From Polyangiales bacterium (GTDB taxonomy: Bacteria > Myxococcota_A > Polyangia > Polyangiales > CBDCBC01), in NCBI GenBank assembly GCA_965214225.1, contig OZ243942.1, forward strand, positions 2,583,779 to 2,647,778: a DNA stretch of 64,000 nt, written 5' to 3'. Positions 43,545 to 51,928 of the stretch are shown piece by piece. Below the pieces are notes generated by a model that made no database searches, was not told the DNA's origin, and saw nothing but the letters and a program-made list of their open reading frames with translations. A program made the position numbers and the translations under genes. Position 1 is the first letter of the stretch, and every line of letters starts with the position of its first letter.

Positions 43545-46500
43545 ACGACAACTTCCTCCGTCTGTCCTGAAGGTTGAACTGATTCGCCTGCCGGCTCCTC
43601 GATCTGGTCGCTGCGCTTCGACTGATGGTCCTTTGCGATCAGGATGTAAAGCGACGGAACGATGAAGAGTGTAAATAGCGTTCCGATAGCCATTCCGCCC
43701 ACCAAAACAACGCCTATTGAGTTGCGAGCTTCGGCTCCAGGACCCGACACGAGCGTCAGAGGGAAGTGACCGGCGACTGTGGCAACTGACGTCATGAGGA
43801 TAGGACGGAGACGGGTCGAAGCGGCTGCACGAACAGCCTCAAGCTTTGACTGCCCGCGCTCCTGCTCCGCATTGGCGAACTCGACCACGAGGATCCCGTT
43901 CTTTGCGATGAGGCCGACCAGCGTAACCAAACCAACCTGGGAGTAGATGTTCAGCGTGGTTGTCCAACCCTGGGTCAGTGGGAATGCGAGCCCGGGCGGC
44001 CCTGCAAACTTGAGGAAAGTAAAGATGAGTGCTCCGAACATAGCGAGCGGCACCGAGCCGGCCAACACGACCAACGGATCACGGAACGAGTTGAACTGTG
44101 CTGACAAAACGAGAAATATGAGCAGAAGAGCTAGCCCCATGGCCGGAAGAAACTTTCCCGCCTCCTGCCTGAGCTGCCGTGACTCGCCGGTGTAGTCAAT
44201 GCGGTAGTCCTTCGGCAGGATCTTCTTAGCGTTATCCTCAAGAAAAGACAGACCTTGCTCCAGTGACTGCGGCGTTAGTCCTGAGATTTTAACTGAGTTT
44301 AGCTGCTGAAATCGGTTGAGTGTTCGGGGGGATGTCGTCTCTTCAAAAGAAGCGACAGAGCTCAATGGAATCACGGTGCCATCAGGTCCGGAGACGTGAA
44401 GATTCTGAACATCCGTCACACTTAGGCGTGCCTTCCGCTTTACCTGCGGAATCACCTTGTACGCGCGTCCGTCGATGTTGAAACGGTTGACGAAGTTGCC
44501 GCTGAACGCCGTAGAAAGGTCGGCGCTGATCTGTTGCATGCTCACGCCCATGGTTGCGAGCTTATCCTTGTCGATTCGAAGCGACGCCTCCTTCTGGTCC
44601 ATCCGCACGTCAACAATCGGAGGGAAAGCGAAGAGGCCGCTCTCGATGGCTTTCTTCGTCAGCTTATCCACATAACGCAGTATTTCTTCGTGGTCGTCCG
44701 TGGAGGCCACGACAAACTCCACGGGAAACATCCCAGGACTTGGTAGAGGCGCCGGGAGGAAGGCGGGTGCTCTGACACCGGGGACCACCGACAGCTTCTC
44801 GAAGAGCTCGTTTTGTATCGGAAAGATGCTCCGGTCGCGCTCTTCCCAGGGCTTGACCAGCATGCCGCCAAATCCCTGATTCGGAAACGTGATCTGGAAG
44901 GCATGCGCGAACTCGGGTGTGGATTTGAAGATGTCCGTGATGAGGTCAACGTTGGGCATGAGCCGCTCGAGGGTCGCGTTTGGCGGCACATCGATGGCCC
45001 CAAAGACAATGCCCTGATCCTCGTTCGGGGCGAGCTCTTTTGGGGAAAGTATGTAAAGTGGCACGATGAGAATCGAAAAGACGATCCACACCGCGTAGGT
45101 GACACCGCGACGGGCAAGCGAACGGTCCAGCGCCCTCTCGTACTTCGCACGCACCCTTGTAAAGCCGCGTGCGATCTTTCCGGCAAGCCATCCCTCTCGG
45201 CGCCCTTCCTTGAGCAGACGCGAGGCCATCATGGGTGAGAGGGTGAGGGCAACGATTCCCGAGATCAGCACCGCACCTGCCAGGGTGAAAGCGAACTCGC
45301 GGAACAAGGCGCCTGTCAGACCCGCCTGTAAGCCGATCGGCGCGTACACTGCTGCAAGGGTAATAGTCATCGCGATCACGGGGCCAACCAGTTCCCTTGC
45401 CCCTTCGATGGCTGCCTGGAAGCGGTTTTTCCCCTCCCCTATGTTCCTCTCCACGTTCTCGACAACGACAATCGCATCATCAACAACGAGCCCGACTGCT
45501 AGAACAATGGCCAGGAGCGTGAGCAGATTGAGGCTGAAGCCCATGACCTGCATCAGGAAAACAGCACCGATGAGTGATAGCGGGATCGCGACGACCGGAA
45601 TGAGTGCGCTGCGCAACGAGCCTAGGAACAGAAAGATGACGCATATGACGATTATGATCGTCTCTAAGAGAGTCTCGACGACCTCGTCTATGGCGTTATT
45701 GATATACGTAGTGGAGTCGTAAGCTACATGAGCATTGATCCCCTTTGGTAGCTGCTCCTTAATCGCGGCGATCTCTCTTCGCACGTCGCGGATGACGTCG
45801 ATGGAGTTGGCATTCGGGAGCACCCACACTCCCATAAAGACCGCCTCGCGACCTGAGAAGCGTACCTCTTGATCGTAGTTGTCCGCACCCAATGCGACGG
45901 TTGCAATGTCCTCAAGCCGCACAAGAGATCCCTCGCCCTCGCGGACTACCAGGCGCTTGAAATCTTCGAGCGTGGTGAGGTCTGTGGTGGCTGATAAGTT
46001 GACCTCTTCCAGCGCTCCCTTGGTTTTGCCAGCCGCAGAGAGGTAGTTGCCTGCAGCCAGAGCTTGCCTCACCTGGCTCGGGCTGATGTTGAACGCAGCC
46101 ATCTTTGCTGGATCGAGCCAGGCACGAACCGCAAATGCTCTCCCACCAAGGACTTCCGCGCGCTGCACACCTGCCACAGCGGTAATGCGGGGTTGGACAA
46201 CGCGCACCAGGTAGTCCGTTACCTGATTCTCATCAAGTATCGGTGAGTCAAAGCTCATGTACATGGACGCTATTTGAGAATCGGAGGGCTCGACTGTGAT
46301 CGCTGGAACCTCCGCTTCCGGCGGTAAATCCCCCCTTACCTGGTCTACCCGTGTGCTGATGTCGGCCAACGCCTCAGCTGCATCAAAGTTTAGTTTCAGG
46401 CGCACATTGATCGTGGAGAGCCCCTGCGTACTTTGCGATTCGATGTAATCGATGCCGTCGGCAGCTGCCACGGCACGCTCAATAGGAGAGGTGATGAAGC

Positions 46501-46684
46501 CACGCACCAGGTCGGCGTTGGCACCCACATAGGGCGTCATGATGGTTACAGTCGCGCTCTCCAGCCGCGGGTACTGCCGGGCGTTGAGCGATCGCAGCGC
46601 CTGCACACCTCCTACGAGGATGACTAGGTTCACCACGATCGCGAGAACAGGACGACGTATGAAGATGTCAGTAAACGATTTCAT
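43541..46684 (-). CDS. RND efflux transporter permease (AcrB/HAE1-like)
   Basis: 1047-aa ORF with a 12-TM RND architecture. The N-terminus FIRRPVLAIVVNLVILVGG and the VVDDAIVVVENVERN motif are typical. Confidence 0.95.
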   Translation of the reverse strand: MKSFTDIFIRRPVLAIVVNLVILVGGVQALRSLNARQYPRLESATVTIMTPYVGANADLVRGFITSPIERAVAAADGIDYIESQSTQGLSTINVRLKLNFDAAEALADISTRVDQVRGDLPPEAEVPAITVEPSDSQIASMYMSFDSPILDENQVTDYLVRVVQPRITAVAGVQRAEVLGGRAFAVRAWLDPAKMAAFNISPSQVRQALAAGNYLSAAGKTKGALEEVNLSATTDLTTLEDFKRLVVREGEGSLVRLEDIATVALGADNYDQEVRFSGREAVFMGVWVLPNANSIDVIRDVRREIAAIKEQLPKGINAHVAYDSTTYINNAIDEVVETLLETIIIVICVIFLFLGSLRSALIPVVAIPLSLIGAVFLMQVMGFSLNLLTLLAIVLAVGLVVDDAIVVVENVERNIGEGKNRFQAAIEGARELVGPVIAMTITLAAVYAPIGLQAGLTGALFREFAFTLAGAVLISGIVALTLSPMMASRLLKEGRREGWLAGKIARGFTRVRAKYERALDRSLARRGVTYAVWIVFSILIVPLYILSPKELAPNEDQGIVFGAIDVPPNATLERLMPNVDLITDIFKSTPEFAHAFQITFPNQGFGGMLVKPWEERDRSIFPIQNELFEKLSVVPGVRAPAFLPAPLPSPGMFPVEFVVASTDDHEEILRYVDKLTKKAIESGLFAFPPIVDVRMDQKEASLRIDKDKLATMGVSMQQISADLSTAFSGNFVNRFNIDGRAYKVIPQVKRKARLSVTDVQNLHVSGPDGTVIPLSSVASFEETTSPRTLNRFQQLNSVKISGLTPQSLEQGLSFLEDNAKKILPKDYRIDYTGESRQLRQEAGKFLPAMGLALLLIFLVLSAQFNSFRDPLVVLAGSVPLAMFGALIFTFLKFAGPPGLAFPLTQGWTTTLNIYSQVGLVTLVGLIAKNGILVVEFANAEQERGQSKLEAVRAAASTRLRPILMTSVATVAGHFPLTLVSGPGAEARNSIGVVLVGGMAIGTLFTLFIVPSLYILIAKDHQSKRSDQIEEPAGESVQPSGQTEEVVV

Positions 46685-46771
46685 CCCAATCAGCCTTCAA
46701 GATAGGGTGCTGTTGAGCGCCCTGAGCACGTGCAGTGTCTCTAGCCGAGTAGCGCACGCAGCGAGCCTACC

Positions 46772-47917
46772 CTACTTGTTCTCCGGGTTTGGACTCGTCT
46801 GTGGTGTGGGTCCGACATCATCGACGACCTTGATTGGAGATTTGTTCTGCAACTTGAAAGCGCCGGAAGTCACCACTTCCTCACCACCCGAAAGCCCCTC
46901 GGTGATCTCTGTAAAGTCGCCTCGAGTTGAGCCCGCCTTGATGAAGCGCTGCTCTGCAATGAGCTTTTCCTGCCCGTTGACTTTGGTCTTCTTTGTCACG
47001 AAAATAGAATCACCGTAGGAGGCATGCACAATGGCAGTGACTGGGGCTATCACCACATCACTCTTCGTTCCAAGCAGAACCTCGACTTGCACAAACATGC
47101 CCGGCTTGAGCTTGCTCTGACCCTCAGGTGTAGTTGCTCGCAACCTGACGGTGCGTGTCGCTTCATCAATCGAAGGGTCAATGGCTGCCAGAGTTCCCTC
47201 AACAGTCGTACTATCCTCCTGATCGCCAAGCGTCATTCGAACGGGCTGACCAACTTCAAGATCTTCTAGGTGAGTTTGAGGAAGGCTGAAGTCTACGTAT
47301 TCATTCTCACTCGACTGAAGCACCGCCACTGGGGTGCCTGGACTTAGATATTGGCCGACGTTGACCATCCTGATCCCAAGCTGTCCGGCGAAAGGAGCCC
47401 GCACCGTCTTCCGGGCGATTTGCGCTCGAAGAGCGGCTGCGTCGGCTTTAGCCGTGTCGAACGAACTCTCCTCCGTCTCAAGCTGCGACTGAGACACGGC
47501 TTTGTCGTCCACCAGAGCGCGGGTCCGACTGAGGTTGCTCTCGGCAAGCTTTAGCCTAGCGCTAACGGAGGCAAGTTGCGCCCGTTCTACGCTGCTGTCT
47601 AGCTCGACCAGCACGGCGCCCTTACGCACGCGATCACCTGAGTCAAAGCGAATCGCACTCACGGTGCCAGCTGCGTCGTTACTCAGTGTAACGCCCTTGC
47701 TCGCTGCGACTGTGCCCACCGCAGTGAGTTCAGGACGCCACTTTTTCTGTTCCACTTTGGCTACATTGACCGCCTCCGGCGGCGGACCAGCTTCCTCCAT
47801 CTCTTTGCCGAAGTTGATCAGCATGCTGATCTGCGAAAACTTAAGAGCGGCAAGAACAACAACGACGCCGCCAATCGCGAGTGCGGGGATCCCGATGCGT
47901 TTGAACGATCTTTTCAT
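46772..47917 (-). CDS. RND efflux periplasmic adaptor (membrane fusion protein)
   Basis: 381-aa ORF with an N-terminal anchor and coiled-coil hairpin, lipoyl and beta-barrel regions typical of the HlyD/AcrA family. Confidence 0.9.
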   Translation of the reverse strand: MKRSFKRIGIPALAIGGVVVVLAALKFSQISMLINFGKEMEEAGPPPEAVNVAKVEQKKWRPELTAVGTVAASKGVTLSNDAAGTVSAIRFDSGDRVRKGAVLVELDSSVERAQLASVSARLKLAESNLSRTRALVDDKAVSQSQLETEESSFDTAKADAAALRAQIARKTVRAPFAGQLGIRMVNVGQYLSPGTPVAVLQSSENEYVDFSLPQTHLEDLEVGQPVRMTLGDQEDSTTVEGTLAAIDPSIDEATRTVRLRATTPEGQSKLKPGMFVQVEVLLGTKSDVVIAPVTAIVHASYGDSIFVTKKTKVNGQEKLIAEQRFIKAGSTRGDFTEITEGLSGGEEVVTSGAFKLQNKSPIKVVDDVGPTPQTSPNPENK

Positions 47918-48161
47918 GGTCAGTCCTGCGTCTGTGATCGAAGGTTAGCTATCCGCAGGGTGGACGTCTGCGCTCCCCGGCGTGGTAAGGCGACTCCTGT
48001 TGCCGATGATGGGCGCGCGTAGCTACCCTGCTCGAACTGCGGCCAGTCATAGCCTTCGACTGCTTCGCCGTCCACCGGGTTCCCTGTGACGATTGCCCAA
48101 GCGGTGACAAGCACCACGCGACCTGCTGCTGGCGCCTCACACCTGGCGTATCCGCGATCAT

Positions 48162-49484
48162 CTATCCAACTGCACCCTCAGCGGTCCTCGCCGCTGACCG
48201 CCAAGTTTTCACCGCGGCGATGGTCACAGCTACAAAGGGCACCGCGAAGAAAGCTCCCGCTAAACCGCCTACCGCTGCGCCTGCCGTCACAGCGAGCACC
48301 ACGGTAATCGGGTGGAGCTTGACAGCACGTCCGACAATCAGGGGCTGAAACACGTTACCCTCCAAGGCTTGGATCGCGATTCCAGCGACAACGACCAGGG
48401 CGGCGGTGAGGGGCGTGCCATGGGCGAGCGCCACGATGGCCGCAGCGCTAGTGGCAACAACTGGTCCCACGAACGGGATGTAGGACCCGATGAACGTCAG
48501 TGCAGTTAGCGGAAGAATATAGGGCACTCCGAGGGCCCATAGTGAGAGCGCCATTAAGACGGCGTTGCATCCGGCGGTGACTGAAACGCCCGCGATATAA
48601 CGCGTTAGAACCGTCCAGCTGCGTTCTCCGACCGCTTCAGCGGTTCTTCGGTGTCGTGACGAGAAGATGGAGAGCGCTTTCTTGGAGAGGTCAGGCCCAT
48701 CTTTGATGAGGAAGAAGGCGACGAAGAGAGCGAGGAAGGCTTGAACTAAGAACCTAGCTGCCTGCAGCGCACCCGTGGCGATTGCCTGCCGGTGTTCCTG
48801 CACCTCCTGTACGATGCGGTCAACACCAAGTTCGAGCGGTTGAATATCGGCGAGGGCGCCCTTGGGAAGGTAGTTTTTCGCCGCACGCAGCCCCTGAGAA
48901 AACGACTGGCTGAGGCTGCCAGCCTCGCGCCAAACGGTGACCACCGTGGGAATGATAAGACCGAACACAACGGTTAGGAGGGTGGCGATGCAGGTGAGGG
49001 CAATAAGCCAATCAGGCCAACGCAGCTTTCTCAGGCGCTCTGCTAGAGGAGCTAACCCTGCGGCGACAACCAGTGCAAAGATGAAAGGAAGTACCGCGTC
49101 GCGGAAGACCAGGAGCAGGAGAACGACGGCGTATGCGAGGGCGCCGATAATCAGCACGCGCCACGCTACGCGTGCCGCCCGGTCGAGGGTCGCCGGTTCG
49201 CCTTCCTGCGTCTGCCGGGCGTCCTGCTTAGGCACCGTGTCCTGCTTAGGCACCGTGTCCTGCTTAGGCACCGTGTCAGAGGTCGCGTCGGGCCCGGGCG
49301 ATTGGGTGGACCGGCGCTTAGCTGGAGCAGGTGGCGGATCAGCGTTCACGCAGCTGTCATACGGGCAAAGCGCTGAGCTGCAAGGTCCCTTGACCGCTAT
49401 GTTGCCGGGCTTACCCTTTTTGGGGGAAGAGCACACGCCTAAAGCATAGATGACTGGAGGGACAGCACCTGAGACGTGCACCAT
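48162..49484 (-). CDS. AI-2E family transporter (second paralog) with Cys-rich, repeat-containing N-terminal extension
   Basis: 440-aa ORF with a C-terminal AI-2E core (GSYIPFVGPVVATSAAAIVALA ... GAFFAVPFVAV). The N-terminal ~110 aa is hydrophilic and carries TVPKQD x3. The start is uncertain. Confidence 0.8.
   Translation of the reverse strand: MVHVSGAVPPVIYALGVCSSPKKGKPGNIAVKGPCSSALCPYDSCVNADPPPAPAKRRSTQSPGPDATSDTVPKQDTVPKQDTVPKQDARQTQEGEPATLDRAARVAWRVLIIGALAYAVVLLLLVFRDAVLPFIFALVVAAGLAPLAERLRKLRWPDWLIALTCIATLLTVVFGLIIPTVVTVWREAGSLSQSFSQGLRAAKNYLPKGALADIQPLELGVDRIVQEVQEHRQAIATGALQAARFLVQAFLALFVAFFLIKDGPDLSKKALSIFSSRHRRTAEAVGERSWTVLTRYIAGVSVTAGCNAVLMALSLWALGVPYILPLTALTFIGSYIPFVGPVVATSAAAIVALAHGTPLTAALVVVAGIAIQALEGNVFQPLIVGRAVKLHPITVVLAVTAGAAVGGLAGAFFAVPFVAVTIAAVKTWRSAARTAEGAVG
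49221..49274 (-). repeat. 18-bp tandem array x3 inside the CDS (TVPKQD x3)
   Basis: GTCCTGCTTAGGCACCGT x3, perfect and in frame. Confidence 0.95.
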
Positions 49485-49526
49485 CCAGTGCCGCGCGTGC
49501 TCTGAGGGCTAACTGGAGGCCAAGCA

Positions 49527-50321
49527 ATGCTCAGAAGCAGTAAAGAGCTGGTGGGATACGTGATCGGAGCGAAAGACGGTGACGTGGGGCATGTAAAGGA
49601 TGTTTTGTTTGATGAGAGGGTTTGGGCGGTACGCTATTTCGTCGCAGACACGGGGAAGTGGCTCCCGGGGCGTCGCGTCCTCATTTCGCCGATCTCCGTA
49701 GGAGAGCCGGATTGGGAATCCAAACGGCTTCTGGTCGACTTAATGAAAGAGCAGGTGGAGAAGGCGCCATCGCTTGACTCAGACGCTCCGGTGTCGCGTC
49801 AATACGAGGTGGAATCGCTACGGTATTATGGATACGCACCCTACTGGGTCGGACCGGGTCCGTGGGGAGCCGGTATGGTCCCTAATTTCTTGGCACGTGA
49901 AGAGACACCGCCTGGCGTTGGTGTTACAGCGGAGCAGGGTGCGCTTGGCACCACACATCAGGGAGACCCTTCGCTTCGTTCAGCCGATGAGGTGCGCGGC
50001 TACCATGTTCAAACGACGGATGGGTCGAAGGGTCACGTGGATGATTTCATCATAGACGATGCGTCGTGGCAGGTGCGCTACCTCGTGGTGGACACCCGCA
50101 ACTGGTTGCCGGGTCGGAAGGTACTTGTCTCGCCCTCATGGGTGGGAGAGGTGCGATGGACAGAGCGGACGGTGCAGGTGCAACATACGAGCGATGAGAT
50201 CAAGAACGCACCCGAGTTTGATGCATCGGCTCCGGTCAACCGTACCTACGAGAGGCGGCTCTACGACTTCTATGGCCGACCAGCTTACTGGGATGGCGCA
50301 GGAGGTCCGGAGCAGCGGTAG
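49527..50321 (+). CDS. Tandem PRC-barrel domain protein
   Basis: 264-aa ORF with two copies of the pattern G.V.D...D...W.VRY.V.DT..WLPGR.VL.SP. Confidence 0.8.
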   Translation: MLRSSKELVGYVIGAKDGDVGHVKDVLFDERVWAVRYFVADTGKWLPGRRVLISPISVGEPDWESKRLLVDLMKEQVEKAPSLDSDAPVSRQYEVESLRYYGYAPYWVGPGPWGAGMVPNFLAREETPPGVGVTAEQGALGTTHQGDPSLRSADEVRGYHVQTTDGSKGHVDDFIIDDASWQVRYLVVDTRNWLPGRKVLVSPSWVGEVRWTERTVQVQHTSDEIKNAPEFDASAPVNRTYERRLYDFYGRPAYWDGAGGPEQR

Positions 50322-50543
50322 AGGAAATAAGGTCTAGCTCGCCTTCAATTAGGAGCGGCTATCCCATGCGCCGTGGGATAGCTGCAATGTCTCGCTTCCT
50401 GGAGAAGGCGCGTTTTCTTCTACGCGCGGTAGGCACGGCGCTTGAGTCTGTGAGCGTCATCGGCTATGCCTACGCGCGTGGGTGCGGTTGTGCGGCATCT
50501 CTCAAGCTAGGTGCCGCGCGACCGGATGAGAACCACACGACCT

Positions 50544-50620
50544 CGGGGAGTAGCACAGCCTGGTAGTGCGCCAGCTTTGGGAGCTGGATGTCGTCGGTTC
50601 GAATCCGGCCTCCCCGACCA
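50544..50620 (+). tRNA. tRNA-Pro (anticodon UGG), CCA encoded
   Basis: Manual cloverleaf: acceptor CGGGGAG/CTCCCCG, D arm GCAC-AGCCTGGTA-GTGC, anticodon arm CCAGC-TTTGGGA-GCTGG, T arm GTCGG-TTCGAAT-CCGGC, then ACCA. Total 77 nt. Confidence 0.95.
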
Positions 50621-50628
50621 AAGTTAAA

Positions 50629-50702
50629 GCGCCCGTAGCTCAGCCGGATAGAGCAGCGGCCTTCTAAGCCGAGGGTCGGAGGTTCGAATCCTCCCGGGCG
50701 CG
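50629..50702 (+). tRNA. tRNA-Arg (anticodon UCU), CCA not encoded
   Basis: Manual cloverleaf: acceptor GCGCCCG/CGGGCGC, D arm GCTC-AGCCGGATA-GAGC, anticodon loop CTTCTAA, T arm GGAGG-TTCGAAT-CCTCC, discriminator G followed by CCC. Total 74 nt. Confidence 0.95.
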
Positions 50703-50880
50703 CCCAAGATTCAGCGCTGGTGACTGCAAACCCTCTCAAGCACCACCAGTCCTCTTACCGGTCAGCCCGGTCTAGAAGTTCGCCTGCTAGCTCTCGTCAA
50801 GGGGCCGTTGCGCTGCAAGGTTCCTCACCAGGACACACAAACTGCCGCGCACGTACGAGTGAAGTCAAACCGCAGCTTTC

Positions 50881-51609
50881 TCAGCCTCTCGCGGAGGGGC
50901 GAAGCTTCACGCCTAAGAAGGTGGCAACCTTCTGCCCCACCGCGCGAGGCAGAGTGTCCAGGCGACCTTCCACGACTGCGCGCGCGCGCGCATGGGGCTC
51001 TCCTTTGAGCGCCGGAAGCACGATCTCCGTCCATCGGAGGAGGGTTTTGCCGTCGGCTTCACCAAGAGCTTGACCGAGCACTGGCTCGAGCCGCTTCTGG
51101 TATGCGACGGATGCCGAACACAATCCGGCAAAGGTTTTGACGAGACCTTCTCGACCGGTGGCCGAGGCTTCACCGAAGGCGTGCGTTAGATGATCAAGTT
51201 GCTTAGCAACGCGCGCAGGCGCGATCTTCACCAGTTTCGGTAGCGCTTCGGCTGCCGCGCTGACGACGCGGCTGTTCTTCGAGTTCACCGATTTAGCCAC
51301 GGGCTCAACTGCACCAACAAGAAGCTGCGCGTTACGTGTGACCACCTCACTCACGATGCGTGCTGCGCGGGTGGCCACCGTGTCTCGCTCATCCAGTAGT
51401 GCCTGAGCTTGCTGCTGCGCGAGAGCCGCGTTGGATGCGGCAATGATCTCTTCGGCGGTTGCTGCCACAGAGCCTGACTTACCGTCGGCTCTTGCTTTAC
51501 CGCCAGCGGTCGAACCCTTTTCGGCGGTCGGTTTACCTTTCCCTACAGCAGTCGATTTTGTTGAACTTCCTGTTCTCGGCACGGATACTTTCGCTGCGCT
51601 GCTATTCAT
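50881..51609 (-). CDS. Hypothetical alpha-helical (HEAT/armadillo-like) protein
   Basis: Start provisionally set at ATG 51609 (MNSSAAKV). The track ORF extends to 52086 but then overlaps the helicase gene. A low-complexity Lys/Gly N-terminus is followed by helical repeats. There is no motif support. Confidence 0.4.
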   Translation of the reverse strand: MNSSAAKVSVPRTGSSTKSTAVGKGKPTAEKGSTAGGKARADGKSGSVAATAEEIIAASNAALAQQQAQALLDERDTVATRAARIVSEVVTRNAQLLVGAVEPVAKSVNSKNSRVVSAAAEALPKLVKIAPARVAKQLDHLTHAFGEASATGREGLVKTFAGLCSASVAYQKRLEPVLGQALGEADGKTLLRWTEIVLPALKGEPHARARAVVEGRLDTLPRAVGQKVATFLGVKLRPSARG

Positions 51610-51928
51610 AACCCTAGACTTCCACCTTAGCTCAAACGTCCATTCCGTGAGATGGCGTACTCGCTCGCCCGGCTCACACCTACTCCGGCCCACTTCGACT
51701 CGGTCCACTTCAACTCCGGCCGGGGTTGCCATCAAGACCCTTTTGCCATCCAGACGCTGGTGCACAACCGTGTTTTGGTGGAGCTCCAGCTGACTGATGG
51801 TTCCTCTCGAGGGGCTGAAGGTATAGCACACGTGCCCCAGGGGAGCTACGTCTGGCGCTGCTAAACTGCGGCATCTCGCGGCGGGTAAACTGGGGCGTCT
51901 CGCAGCGGGGAAAGCGAGGCAAAGCGCG

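Noticed and set aside
50544-50702. The tRNA pair as an integration site for a genomic island.
   Set aside because: No integrase gene, no direct repeat of the tRNA 3' end and no foreign-looking genes lie downstream within the window.
50470-50739. 89-aa ORF on the minus strand.
   Set aside because: It is exactly antisense to the tRNA-Pro and tRNA-Arg genes.
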